This document shows, one piece after another, positions 43,125-54,244 of a DNA stretch of 64,000 nucleotides. The stretch's first letter is position 1. Each line of letters opens with the position of its first letter. The stretch is from Cyanidioschyzon merolae (Eukaryota): assembly GCA_000091205.1 (NCBI GenBank), contig AP006499.2; one strand, given 5' to 3'. A program made the translations under genes and the position numbers. Under the pieces are notes generated by a model. That model was not told the origin of the DNA. It worked only from the letters and a program-made list of their open reading frames with translations, and searched no databases.

Positions 43125-43976
43125 ATGACTGATGTATCCGTACGATTTGAGCTGAGCGGCCTGGAGCCTCTGTTCGGTGTGGAGCCCTGCATCTGTGGCT
43201 CCACCCCGGAACTCGGCGAGTACGACCCACTTTTCGCAACATCCATGACTTACGACGAGTCCAGAAACGTGTTCGTCGCTTGGGTCTGCTTTCTTGAAGA
43301 GGACTATCCGGTCCGGTATCGGTACTTTTTACGAAAGCAAGTCTGGCAGCGAGCGAACGTTTGGCAGGTTCAATGGGAAGGCGATCTCGAGCCGCCATAC
43401 CAACAACATGACGATGAGGGCAACCTTGTCGAGGATGCAAACGGAGGGGCTGCGTCCGCGGGGGCGCAGTCGCCAGAGCGCAGCGGTTGGGCGCGTCGAA
43501 TCCTTCCTGTGCCTGTTAGTCCTGTGACAACAAAGGCCGCTGTGTCTCCTCTACCGGAGCGCTGGAAACAACAACTCGAAGAAGGCGCACGCGTCTTAAC
43601 GCTGCCTCAGGCTAAGAAACCCTTTGTCCAGCGCGACGAGTGGAAACCCGCTATGAATGATACGTGGATAGAACTGCCACGCGGGGTTGCGCTTCCAAAG
43701 CGACTGCGAGCACGAATAAGTGAACGCGAGCGCATTCGTCGTAAAAGAGCGAACGGCTTGAGTTCCGAGGCGCTACTTGCTGCGGGCCAACGAGAGGCTG
43801 AACAGCATCGCATTCGACAGTTGCGTCTCGCCGGGAACGAAGACGAGGCGCAGCTCGCTGATGTTCTAGAGGCTCGTCAGCGGGAACTAGAACTTGAGAA
43901 AAAAGGAACCTCTCAGGCGAACGTCGCCTCTAAGCGGAAACGAAAGACGGCGGCGCATTCGTGTCGTACGCAGTAG
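43125..43976 (+). CDS. CBM20 (starch-binding domain)-like protein with basic/acidic coiled C-terminal tail
   Basis: VSVRFELSGLEPLFGVEPCICGSTPELGEYDPLFATSMTYDE...VRYRYFLRK resembles the CBM20 consensus (V.F.V...G....GS.PELGNWDP.....EYKF). The track start at 43080 is GTG; the first ATG is at 43125. Confidence 0.5.
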   Translation: MTDVSVRFELSGLEPLFGVEPCICGSTPELGEYDPLFATSMTYDESRNVFVAWVCFLEEDYPVRYRYFLRKQVWQRANVWQVQWEGDLEPPYQQHDDEGNLVEDANGGAASAGAQSPERSGWARRILPVPVSPVTTKAAVSPLPERWKQQLEEGARVLTLPQAKKPFVQRDEWKPAMNDTWIELPRGVALPKRLRARISERERIRRKRANGLSSEALLAAGQREAEQHRIRQLRLAGNEDEAQLADVLEARQRELELEKKGTSQANVASKRKRKTAAHSCRTQ

Positions 43977-44448
43977 ACAGAGCCGAGCGGCGTGCCATCA
44001 TCCAGCTACGATCCTGCTACCGCCACTCCGTCTGACTACGAGACATTTTGGGTTTCTGGTCATACTTCTGAACAGTAGACAATGTTGAGCCACTGGCCGT
44101 TAGAGCCGCAAGGCAGGAACAGTCTTTCAAAGGCCGCGATTTTTTCATGTTGCAGCGTCGGCCTGTCTTCTGGAAATCAAACGGCCAAGTGTTACGTCTG
44201 CCTGCGGCTCGCTCGGCGAACGTCTCCGCCGCGCATGATGCCCATGCGGTAGCGCCGTGGGCACGGCACGACCGGGGACTGGACGGGGTTAAGGTGCTGG
44301 CACACAAGTCGCAGCTGCAGTGTCGCTGAACACGTTCCCAGCGGCTGACCGGGTGTGCCTAGATCATGGTCACACGCCATCACACACACCGACCGGACAT
44401 GGTATTGCTGTGTTTTCATTATCGGCAGCGGCCATGTTGCTGCGTACT

Positions 44449-45726
44449 TTAGGATCGATGAGGTGAGCGTTCGGCGCCAGTATCGTGGCGCGAATATGGC
44501 GGACGGGCATCCCGTACTGGTGTTGACCAATGCGGGGACGCTCCTTCTTCATCGGTTTCACTCGCGAAGAGATCCTGGAGCATTGCGTTCAGACGTAGCC
44601 ATCGGCGTTGCAACTCGTCAATGACTCGTTCCTGGCGAGCGCATGCCGTATGCAATTTGCAGAGCTCTCGCTCGTAGAGTTGTTCCCTCTGAGCGTTTTC
44701 AGCCTCGGCTGTGTGCCGGACTTGCTTCAGTTGTGCCTCGAGTGACTCCCGCTCTTGTTGTGCACGTTGTTTTTCCTGGAGAGCGTTCTGCAGCAATATT
44801 TGTGTGTGTTCGTGCTCCTGTCGTAGCGCTCCGTACTGCCTGCGTGTCTCTTCAAGCTCATCACGCACTGTTCGCCAGTGCTCGCTCTTGGTCTCGAGGG
44901 CGCCTTCGAGGCGGGCGATTTGCAGACGTAACTGTCGATTTTCATTCTGGGATCTTTGGCACTGGAGCTGCAGCCTGCTGAGCTCCTCCTCAGCACTGCA
45001 TTTGGACTCGAGCAGGTTCGCAATCTGGTTCTCGAGTTCTAGCAATGAGGTGTCCGTCAGGACGGTAGCCGGGGGCGGGTGCCCAAACGGCTCCCTCGAG
45101 GCATATGGAGCCTCCTGACGCTCGCTCTGTAAAGCGTTGTGCTCCTTGTTCGACGTACACTGAGGAAAGTTGGCGGTCACTCGCTGATGATAGCTGGTCG
45201 AACCGGCCGACCGCGGCGTCGGCTCCGGGGACGATGCTTGGCCGCTTGGCGTCGACATTGCGCACTCTTGTCGCTGCTGCTGCTGCGTCGCCGGCGGTGG
45301 CGCTTGCACTGGACCGAACAGCATCTTCCGAACGGGGGGCGTCTTCGCAGTGCCATTCGCCTGATCCTTGGCGATGCGTTGTCGCCACGAAGCCGCGATC
45401 TGGTCGCACTGCGTCTCTCCTAGGGGGTTACGAAACGCCCGCTGGGCGCGCCGGTTGGTCGCTATGGAGCTCCCCGGACCAGACGCTGCCCCTGCGTTGC
45501 CGTCAGAGCGATATCGCCGTCTCAAAATGGGAGGTTGCTTCGACGAATCGACAGCTGTGCCTGTCGGTAGCAGTTTCCTTTCCAAAAGAATTTGCTCCAA
45601 CTGCTGGAGCGCGTCCCCTGGAGGGCACGCCTCTACTCTTCCCCACGCGCTGCCCAGAGACGCACTTCCAGTTATAGTCTGCGTTGGCGCCTCATTTTCC
45701 TTGTTAGGCGGGGCACTGGCCCGCAT
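44449..45726 (-). CDS. Coiled-coil protein (Gln/Glu/Arg/Leu heptad-rich), function unknown
   Basis: 425-aa ORF with the ATG at 45724-45726 confirmed. It contains a long predicted coiled-coil (ELSRLQLQCQRSQNENRQLRLQIARLEGALE...). Confidence 0.4.
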   Translation of the reverse strand: MRASAPPNKENEAPTQTITGSASLGSAWGRVEACPPGDALQQLEQILLERKLLPTGTAVDSSKQPPILRRRYRSDGNAGAASGPGSSIATNRRAQRAFRNPLGETQCDQIAASWRQRIAKDQANGTAKTPPVRKMLFGPVQAPPPATQQQQRQECAMSTPSGQASSPEPTPRSAGSTSYHQRVTANFPQCTSNKEHNALQSERQEAPYASREPFGHPPPATVLTDTSLLELENQIANLLESKCSAEEELSRLQLQCQRSQNENRQLRLQIARLEGALETKSEHWRTVRDELEETRRQYGALRQEHEHTQILLQNALQEKQRAQQERESLEAQLKQVRHTAEAENAQREQLYERELCKLHTACARQERVIDELQRRWLRLNAMLQDLFASETDEEGASPHWSTPVRDARPPYSRHDTGAERSPHRS

Positions 45727-46217
45727 GGCTGCTCGAGTGCTACCGAGCTCTGCGTCGGTCTCGAGGCGTCGGCGAGCACCCCAGCTATCAGAGCGCTCGG
45801 CCGCGCACCGTGGTAGGTCTCTCGTCTAGGAGAGGCGCGCTTCTCCCGGACAAGAGCACTGACGTACGCAGCAACGACTTGCAGCCGATCGATCGAATTA
45901 GCCAGCGCGTCAGGTAGCTGACCAGTCAGCCTTCAGCGACAAGACGCTCCCGACAGACGATCCTGACTGCGCTTTTTACGCAAACGCTTGAACGGATACG
46001 GAAGCGCTCGATTGGTGCCCGGCATCCGCTTCTCCGCGAGTGCGGCGTGCGCGCCGGCGATTCGAAACGCTCCCGAATGAGCACACGTACACGCATCCGC
46101 GCATCCGTGCACGCATGCGAACGGAATGCGTAACGCACCGCGCACACGTCGCCGCTGAACGTCACGCGTGATGGATCGCATTGCACGCCGCCGTTTGTAC
46201 ACGCGTCGATTTGCGCG

Positions 46218-46223
46218 CCAGCA

Positions 46224-46260
<37 letters not shown>
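46218..46260. repeat. (GCA)n microsatellite
   Basis: gcagcagcagcagcagcagcagcagcagcaa. Confidence 0.9.
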
Positions 46261-47784
46261 ATCGACGCTGCATCTGACTTACCTCATCGATGTTGCAGTG
46301 CGTACGCGGAGAGGTACGTATGCAGGAACCGAGCCTGGCGGACGCATCCGAGGCATATCACTTGAATGCATGTCGGTGTTGTTTCGATAATCTGGTCTGT
46401 GGTCGGCGAGTCGACCTGCATTGCCCACGTGTGTGGGGAGGTATGTGACACGGGGGGCACGCCCTCGAGCCGTTCCCGGAAATACTCCCTGATCCAGCTT
46501 TAAACCCTCGATTTGTATAGCATCCTGGGCATGGTGGTTCCAGGGTTACTGAGGATCCACGGCAACGTCCTTCGGTTCTGTTTGTTCTTCCTGAGGCGGC
46601 CTCTCGAGCATTTGCGGTATCGCTGCTGATGTTTCTCTTCCAGCACGTGACGAGAGCGTCGTCCTGGCCGATGAAGCAAGCTGCTCGTGAGCGCTGCGGG
46701 CATCTGCGAGCGATTGTCTCGACCTTCAGGCCCAAGTGACAAGCAAGCGCCTGCTGGCCGTCGGTTGTATGCATATGCTGCTCGCGGTAAAAGTTGGTTG
46801 TCGTTCCTAGACAGCGAATGGAGCATCCACCGACGAAGAGATGTACGCTTTGACGCCGACTGTTTGCCCCCTCGCCGAGAGCGACTGGTGCGGGCTCGTT
46901 GCGCGCAGTCACCGCACAGTTTCCAACGCTCGACTCTGGCCAGTGTGTGCGTGCTCGGGCGCCGCGTGGGAACACTCGGAAAGCTCCGAGTCTTTAAACA
47001 AAAGTCATGGACACAACTGGACGCCCGTGAATCCATGGCGAGCAGATCGGTGAAGCACTTGCTGTTAGCAGAAGTGGGGTTTCAACGCCATGCGCCGGTC
47101 TGCTGTAGCCGTGGTCCAGATGCCACTGACCAGACTGCATGCCAGCAAAACGTGCAGTGGTTGGTGTACGGTTTCTTGGGTGCTCATTTTTCGAGTTCCT
47201 GCGCCCCTGTGACCTGAAGACGCAAGCACGCGCAACCAAACGAACCGTGCATGCGATGCATTCGAGTTTTTGCACAGCACACAGTTCGGAGCGCTCCCAG
47301 CACCCATGTGCTCAGGCTTCGTTTAGGATATGCCGATTTCATCGAACGACACTGACGATATGGATCATATGGTGTCGTGTTTGGGTTTCCGCAGGGACCC
47401 GCAGCCACAGCACCTGGACATCCAGCTCAGCTGTCGTGCGAGGACATTCAGGACCCTCCGCTACGGGTCCGAGTTGCGCGCGCTTGCCTCGCCCGGCACC
47501 GTCGCGGCACATCTGCGAAAAGATTTCCTCGTTTTCGGTGCTTTAGGAATCTGATTATTTCAGGTTGAACAGGCTTTGCGACTTTCTGCAACGCGAGTTC
47601 GCACGTTGCCTCGCTCTCTTGGACAGCATGGAATGAAATAGAGACACTGCACACTCTGTTATAGTCGTCGTCGTCGCTTTTTCTCTGGGAGCTATCCTGA
47701 ACCCGTCGCTTCACCTAATATCCTACCACTAGCGCCATCCGATGATCCATCCTTGCATCCGAGTCCGGTTGCTCCAGCCTGCGC

Positions 47785-48954
47785 TCAGAGTTTGCTCTGC
47801 ATCTTCACAGAGAGCATCTGGCGGACATCGTACGGGGCAAACGCATCCCGAACGACGAGATCTCTCCGAATATCGGAAACTTTCTGGCACCCGCACAGCT
47901 GCATGGCGAGCTTAAATTCATCTTTCAGTAAACTGAGTAGCCGGTAGACACCCTCTTCGCCATCAACTGCTAGGCCCCAGACAATGGGCCGTCCGATGAG
48001 GACAGCATCCGCGCCCAGTGCGAGCGCCTTCACCACATCGGTTCCGCGGCGCACACCAGAATCGATGAAAACTGGGATGCGACCTCGAACACTCTGCGCG
48101 ACTTCCTCGAGGCAGTCGATGGTGGCGGTTACACCGTCCAGCTGTCGGGCCCCGTGGTTCGATATCCAGATTCCGTCTGCGCCGTACTGCAGCGCACGCT
48201 GGGCGTCTTCTGCAGTGACGACCCCCTTGAGCAGAATTGGCAGCCTCGTGATGCTCTTAAGCCAAGCGATATCGTTCCAGTTCAGCGATGCATCAATCAG
48301 CGATGCGACGTAGGATGCCAGGCCAGAAGCGCCTGCTCCGCCCTTCACTTGCGCAAAATCTTTCATATCGGCAAAATTCGCGAGAGACAAGTGCGGCGGC
48401 AACTGGAACTGGTTCCTGATATCCGCCTCACGCCGACCAAGTTGCGGCGTATCCACGGTGAGGGCTATTGCTCGGAAACCTGCGCGCTCAGCACGCCGCA
48501 CAAGGCGCTCCGTGATCGCCCGATCCTTGTACACGTACAGCTGGAAGAACTTGGGCAGACCAGGCACGTGCGCCGCAACGTCCTCAAGCGAGGTCGTTGC
48601 CCAGGATGACAGACCCATCACCGTTCCGATACGTGCAACGGCTCGGGCGGTTGCCAGCTCGCCTTCAGGGTGCGCCATGCGTTGCATGGCGGTCGGCGCC
48701 ACCATCAGCGGGAACGACAAGTCGATGCCCATAACCTGCTTCGTGATATCGACCCGAGAAACGTCTATAAGCACACGCGGACGGAAGCGTAGACGTCGAA
48801 ACGCTTCTTCGTTGTCGCGCAGCGTTTGCTCGTCGTCTGCACCGCTCGCGTAGTAGCCATAGACCATAGCGGGGAGCCGGGCCTTGGCGAACAGGTGATA
48901 TTCAGCCAAATTCAGCGGTTGTGTCGCCGGATTCACTGCTGGCTTCTCAACCAT
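47785..48954 (-). CDS. Glycolate oxidase / (S)-2-hydroxy-acid oxidase (FMN-dependent)
   Basis: [11 protein letters not shown] active-site motif and FQLYVYKDR...TVDTP. The N-terminus MVEKPAVNP...[28 protein letters not shown] aligns with plant GOX starts. The track ORF extends 66 codons further upstream, to 49152, and is probably spurious. Confidence 0.85.
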   Translation of the reverse strand: MVEKPAVNPATQPLNLAEYHLFAKARLPAMVYGYYASGADDEQTLRDNEEAFRRLRFRPRVLIDVSRVDITKQVMGIDLSFPLMVAPTAMQRMAHPEGELATARAVARIGTVMGLSSWATTSLEDVAAHVPGLPKFFQLYVYKDRAITERLVRRAERAGFRAIALTVDTPQLGRREADIRNQFQLPPHLSLANFADMKDFAQVKGGAGASGLASYVASLIDASLNWNDIAWLKSITRLPILLKGVVTAEDAQRALQYGADGIWISNHGARQLDGVTATIDCLEEVAQSVRGRIPVFIDSGVRRGTDVVKALALGADAVLIGRPIVWGLAVDGEEGVYRLLSLLKDEFKLAMQLCGCQKVSDIRRDLVVRDAFAPYDVRQMLSVKMQSKL

Positions 48955-49154
48955 CTCTACTTTGTTTCGAATACTGGTAAAACAATGTCTTTTTTGAGTT
49001 TGCGCTGAATTACCGTGGTAGATACGGCTCTGCGAACGCACCTCTACTGCGCAGTACGGGTACACAGCATCCGTAAGCAGCGCTTGCGGCAACGCATGGA
49101 CGCCAGCGTCGATCCCGAGACTAGGCGCGCGCGCCCGGGCACGCATCCACACAC

Positions 49155-49215
49155 ATGACAGACGGCTGCTGCTGCTGCTGCTGCTGTTGCTGCTGCAGGA
49201 GCGGCGGCGGCTGCG
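49155..49215. repeat. (CTG)n/(GCG)n microsatellite
   Basis: ctgctgctgctgctgctgttgctgctgcaggagcggcggcggctgcggcggcggcgg. Confidence 0.9.
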
Positions 49216-50368
49216 GCGGCGGCGGATCGATGCTCAGTGCGCGCCCGCACCAGATCGCGGATCGCATGCGATTTGCCGCGGCGTGGCGTACGCTCCCAGT
49301 CATGTGTGCGATCAGCGAGTACTGGCAAGGGCTCCAAGCTGAATGCCCGTGTGCTGCCTGAGGCCACGAACGAGACTCTAGAAGCTCCAGGGACGCTTCT
49401 ATGTACGGTAACGTGTCGAACATTAATATCGACGAGGAGTGGAAGCTGGGTCTAACGATTGTCAAGGTGCCGTGTGTGTATTGACCACCGCACAGAGAGA
49501 CGAGGCGACGTCTTCGCTGTAGCATGGCTGGCGTCGCGTCAGTCGTACCAGCAGCGGGGCAAGCGTGCTGTTCTAGTCGAACGCACAGCGCCGGCTCCGA
49601 ATGCCATTCAGTTCGCGAGCTGATAGAGCGTTTCATGGTCGTTGTAGGGCGTCCATAGAGGAGACTGAATAACGGGTGCAGCACGCTGCTGCCGCGAGTC
49701 GTGCGAGGAGCGCCTCTGGGGTATGCGCACCGACCGGTGCGGAAACGGCGCGGCGACGCTGATTTGCAAAGTGCAAACGCAGGGCGCGCGAGTGCTCACT
49801 TGCGCTGCAGATGCCGGAACACGTGCGCTGGCCCCGAGACCGATACTCGTGGCTCCTGGAACTGTATGCGGCGCTTTGGACTCGGTTTGAGCTTTCTCGA
49901 ACCTGCTGTGGATCCGGTTATACCAACTTGCTCGGTACTAGAAGGTTCGGACGACTTTGCGCGAGGATACGACGAACAACATGGCGCAAGACAACGATGG
50001 CAACAGCGCGCTTATCGCATGCCAAGCGGGTGCCCGCGGTTGCGAAGCTGTTCGCGACTGACACGCATCTGCGTCGACCTCGTGGGAGCCATGGTGCACG
50101 AACATGTGCTCTGCATTGAGAAGCGTCTGTGCGAAAATGGAAGCAAGGTTCAGAGAGCTGGGGTTGACGCCAGGGCGGCCCTCCAATGCATGAGCAGGAG
50201 CACGAACAAAACCGGGGAAATACAAACACTGGGCACTTTAACACGAGAGCGACTTTCGTTCGCCATGTCATAGATAGGAGGAATTTTCCACGACGCGACA
50301 AGTTTTCAAGATCAAATAAGTGATGCAGTTCGCCAAAGCATTCAGAAACGATGTTGACGCCAGATCTT

Positions 50369-51862
50369 CTATTCAACAGACAGGTTCACATCGAAAGAGC
50401 CCTCGAATGCGCAGATATGGGGCAGCGCTTTTCGGACAAGTTCCAGTTCTCGACGTAGTTGCTCAAGCGTCGGGCGTTCGACGAGCTTCACCGTCTTCAC
50501 GAGTGCGTCCTGTAGCCAGTATCTGCGCACGGCGTGTGCGGCGTCGCGCTCGCTCACTGAATCGCCAAGAACGAGGAGGTTCAGATTGGCCGGGTAATTT
50601 GGATGTCTCTCAAGCTCTGCCCTGAATGCCTGCGTTTTCCAGTCCGATGGCGAGTGCGGAAAATCTGACTCGTAAATGCTTCGGGCAGAAATGATACGAA
50701 TATCGCTCGAGTCGAGATGTTGCAAAACTCGTGGCATGAAGCGGGCCGCTGAAAGTTGCACCCAACCAGTTTCCGCATTGGTAATGACACATACGCGGCC
50801 ATATTGTTGGGCGTCATCCAAAATACCAATGACGAGATCTTCTAGTGCATCCAGATTTGCGACAAGTTCCTGCGGTAACGATTCCGTGTCATCTACGCGG
50901 AAACCTAAAGTTGAGAGCCACGTCGACGAGAGCAGCGTATCGTCCCAGTCGAAAAGCATGATCGTGCAATCAGGAGCACAGATTCGCCTCGCCTGCTCCC
51001 GCTGGGTCGCGAACCCAGGGCTGTTTCGGTCGTGGTGCTCAATTTTCAAACCATTTTCCGGGACGTCCAGAAGCGACCATTCCGCGCACCTCCGTGAAAA
51101 GGAATCGGAAGGTTCGGGCGCGGTCACACGCTGGCGCTGCCATGATTCGCCGCACGTCAAATCTACACCATGGACGACAGGTGCACTGCTACTAGCACCG
51201 TCTACGTCGCCAGAGGTAAACTCCGCCGCGACTCCAGAGGACAGCATCCAGCTTCGATCATTTTTCCTAGTTTCTGTACAAACATGTACTGCAAATCGGT
51301 TGTTGTCGAAGCTCTCATACGAATCTGGTTCACATAACATTCTCAGCGAGTCCCTGGGCAGCATCTCGTCCCCGTCTGAGACAGTGCGGGAGAACGACTC
51401 TGCCGCAACGGTTGATGCGGTATCAGGTTCTGATTCGGACTCCGAATCACTCAGGTACCCAGGTAGGGCGTCGTCCTCCGGGACGAAGCGCCCTGCGAGC
51501 GAAAAGCGCACGAAAGGGGTATTTTCCTTTTCAGAGTCGCCCAAACCCTCAGATTCCGAAGCAAAGAGACTCTGCTCGTCACGCCAGGACTTGGCCGTGG
51601 AGGATGACGAGTTCGCGTGATCCTCGGCGGCGCTGATCGATAGCGAGTCTTCCGGTACCTCGGTTTCCACGGACATACTCGAGGTGTCGTCGGGTGTCAA
51701 CGAAGGACAGAAGTTCACTCGAACTGTTAGCGTCTCTTGATCCGAGGAGCTGCTCCGATCCAAGACAGAAAGGCGTCGACCTCGTTGGCGTGCGCCGCAA
51801 CCGTCTCGAAGAGTTCGAAGTCTGTTACGCTGTGAAGCTATTGAACCAGCAACTGCTCCCAT
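50369..51862 (-). CDS. HAD-superfamily phosphatase-like domain protein (DxDxT motif) with acidic Ser-rich N-terminal half
   Basis: C-terminal domain ...IMLFDWDDTLLSS...VCVITNAETGWV...LVLGDSVSE. The FDWDDTL motif is the HAD catalytic motif I and resembles Eya-type WDLDETI. The track start at 51865 is TTG; the ATG is at 51860-51862. Confidence 0.45.
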   Translation of the reverse strand: MGAVAGSIASQRNRLRTLRDGCGARQRGRRLSVLDRSSSSDQETLTVRVNFCPSLTPDDTSSMSVETEVPEDSLSISAAEDHANSSSSTAKSWRDEQSLFASESEGLGDSEKENTPFVRFSLAGRFVPEDDALPGYLSDSESESEPDTASTVAAESFSRTVSDGDEMLPRDSLRMLCEPDSYESFDNNRFAVHVCTETRKNDRSWMLSSGVAAEFTSGDVDGASSSAPVVHGVDLTCGESWQRQRVTAPEPSDSFSRRCAEWSLLDVPENGLKIEHHDRNSPGFATQREQARRICAPDCTIMLFDWDDTLLSSTWLSTLGFRVDDTESLPQELVANLDALEDLVIGILDDAQQYGRVCVITNAETGWVQLSAARFMPRVLQHLDSSDIRIISARSIYESDFPHSPSDWKTQAFRAELERHPNYPANLNLLVLGDSVSERDAAHAVRRYWLQDALVKTVKLVERPTLEQLRRELELVRKALPHICAFEGSFDVNLSVE

Positions 51863-52338
51863 CAAACCTGACAGAGCCCACCCTCTATACGTACAACAGA
51901 TAAATCTAGTCCGTTCACGGACGAGAAGACCGTTCCGGCTACGCTTTCCGTTTCGCTGCAGACGTCTCCGTGCGCGCTTTTCAGAGTTGTCACAATCGCC
52001 AGCTCACTGCGTCGATAAATACCACGAACACAAACCACAGTGTGACCAGGAGCCAGTCAGAAACCAGACAAGCGCTGTGGAGTCCAAGAAAAACGAAGTT
52101 CCCACAACGCTCGTCGAGGCCTCACCTAGAACACCCCTGAAGACAAACGTCTTTGAAAAGGAGAACGCTGTCGCCGGCGGTGTACAGCAGTGGCGGCAAA
52201 CGGGTCCTAGACAAATCGTCCCCAACTGATGGGCAGACACCTCGCCGTCTTTCTCGACCGGTCACCCACTACTGGTTTCAACTTTTTCTCATATAGTTCC
52301 ACTTTGGAAGATTGTCCAATTAAGTTTTCTCTTGTCAG

Positions 52339-52722
52339 TTATGGAAGTCTTCTTTCCATCACCGCACATCTGCTTATATTGATAGCGGCATTAAAGTCAC
52401 GGTTCACGAATTCCATACGTTTCTTCCCGTTGACTGTACTTACTAATGCAAGGGGTCCACGAACTTTCGACATCCTTTCCATTTGCTCTTCCGTCAGCGG
52501 TCCATACTTTTTTATACCTTCAGGGCTCCGGTGGCACTTTTCCATCTCCACTCTCTGCAGTGTACAACCCAGCTCATGGTGTGTATACGATGTTCGAAAC
52601 TCATCTACAGGTATTGTAACAAAACGCCGTGCACACTCCATGTACGTTCTTGCCGTTGGAGCTGGTGTACACCCTTTTTGTATCCTCCGGCGCCCTGCTC
52701 CGTACGCTACCACGAGCCCTGA
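52339..52722 (-). CDS. Fanzor/TnpB-like zinc-finger-like/RuvC-III segment (copy B), with native-looking stop 13 codons after NAAINI
   Basis: ...EFVNRDFNAAINISRCAVMERRLP*. It shows the same -1 frame offset relative to the RuvC-I segment as in copy A. Confidence 0.55.
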   Translation of the reverse strand, partial: SGLVVAYGAGRRRIQKGCTPAPTARTYMECARRFVTIPVDEFRTSYTHHELGCTLQRVEMEKCHRSPEGIKKYGPLTEEQMERMSKVRGPLALVSTVNGKKRMEFVNRDFNAAINISRCAVMERRLP

Positions 52723-53273
52723 CTTTCATTCTCCTTCAAGGCACTCATTAAAAAATTCGCGAACGCGCGCCGCTTCCCACAATACAGATTCATTCGCAGA
52801 CGAGCGCACCGGGGATTTGTATACTCTTCCCACAGCGCATCCCAATGAGCAACACGAACTTCCATGAATTTCCGAAAAGCTTCCAAGTCCGCTCCGCGGC
52901 TCGTCACCTCACTCAAAGCTTCCAGGTGATCCTTCATTCCTGCATTCCATGCCTCAATTTTCTTCCTTGCATTCATGATTCCCGATTCTCGATAGTATCT
53001 TGCTCTCGAGAGCCTCAAAAGACGCATGTCTTTCCGACGTAAGTTGCCGTCAGTACCATCTTCCGCACGCTTGGGTGCTGCGATGGTTGCGATATTTGTG
53101 TTTCCGGGGTCCGCGCCAACGACAAAGTCGTTATTCTGCACTTTCTGCGTCGCAGGATACGCCTCCTTCTCATCTTCATGCTTCGTTACGGACAATATTG
53201 AAGACGGCACTGGACGATCTGCCTTCAAGCGCCGATAGTGTACACACGTGGCTACTCCATCGGTTTCGATCAT
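52707..53273 (-). CDS. Fanzor/TnpB-like RuvC-I segment (copy B)
   Basis: 188 aa with 7 substitutions relative to copy A. The Ruv[20 protein letters not shown] motif is retained. Confidence 0.6.
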   Translation of the reverse strand: MIETDGVATCVHYRRLKADRPVPSSILSVTKHEDEKEAYPATQKVQNNDFVVGADPGNTNIATIAAPKRAEDGTDGNLRRKDMRLLRLSRARYYRESGIMNARKKIEAWNAGMKDHLEALSEVTSRGADLEAFRKFMEVRVAHWDALWEEYTNPRCARLRMNLYCGKRRAFANFLMSALKENESQGSW

Positions 53274-53485
53274 TCCAGTGAATACCTTTTGTTTGCTGAC
53301 TTTGAGAAGTTTGAAATTGAAGATGTTCTTCCAGTGCGTCTCCCGCTTATCAGCGGAGAACTCCTCCCTGCTGACACTGAACTCCGGACTGATCTCCTAC
53401 ATGATGCCGTAAAGGATTCTGGAGTCGATAGTCACAAAATGTGACCTGATGTTGCACATTGGAACGCCGTTGAAGCGCTTCCCCA

Positions 53486-54244
53486 TTAGGAAAGCCTTCC
53501 GTCTCTCCCACGCTTCATTTTTTCCTCACCCAGTTTCATCTCTGCCTCGCGTCCCAGTTCTCGGTCCAGGAACACAAAATATCGCAGAATGAGGCGATAG
53601 GATCTTCCCTCATCTTTTTTCAACGCTGATATCTTTTCTGCTGAATTCGCCAACCCCAGTGCCGCACGATGCTCTTTCATAGCCGCACGGATTACAGAAT
53701 CCTCATTCGTGCTCTCATTTGACTCCTTCTTCTCGACAAATTCGACCTCATCTTCACGCTTGCGATCTTTCGTGATGCCATTGATAATCGCCCATATTCC
53801 TTTACGAGACAGGTCCGGGTAGAGTGCAACTACGGCGCGTATCATGAAACGTTCGAGGTTCACGATCAGATGGTTCTTCAGGTTCGTGAGGTACTTCATC
53901 GCCCCATAGTCGTACATATCCCGGTCACCCTTGTATCGAGTACCATTAAAGCTGTAAAAGGAGTGTTTTTCGTGGAGGACGTGCACCCGCTCATTTTCCC
54001 TCCGCGCTTCCTCTGTACCAAGCATCAGGTATCGAATAAAGGTCTTGTCGAAGAACTTGTCCGGAATCTTGACCGTTTCCATTTGCGTCACGTCGCGATA
54101 CGTCTCCCTCGCCAAATGCATCAGTCCTGACGACGCCTTCACAATATTCCTGAAGTAAGAGTCGACACGTTTTTCGACAGCGTCTCGCAACTTTTCCCTG
54201 CAGGGATCCTTGATATGTCCAAGAAGAAAGGCTTTCACCACCAT
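53486..54244 (-). CDS. Fanzor/TnpB-like N-terminal segment (copy B)
   Basis: 252 aa with 10 substitutions relative to copy A. Confidence 0.45.
   Translation of the reverse strand: MVVKAFLLGHIKDPCREKLRDAVEKRVDSYFRNIVKASSGLMHLARETYRDVTQMETVKIPDKFFDKTFIRYLMLGTEEARRENERVHVLHEKHSFYSFNGTRYKGDRDMYDYGAMKYLTNLKNHLIVNLERFMIRAVVALYPDLSRKGIWAIINGITKDRKREDEVEFVEKKESNESTNEDSVIRAAMKEHRAALGLANSAEKISALKKDEGRSYRLILRYFVFLDRELGREAEMKLGEEKMKRGRDGRLS

Noticed and set aside
47785-49684. N-terminal extension of glycolate oxidase (track start 49152) and overlapping ORF 49121-49684
   Set aside because: The GOX family alignment starts at MVEKPAVNP (ATG 48952-48954). The upstream 66 codons and the 187-aa ORF are poly-Q/poly-P/Arg-rich and run through a (CTG)n microsatellite.
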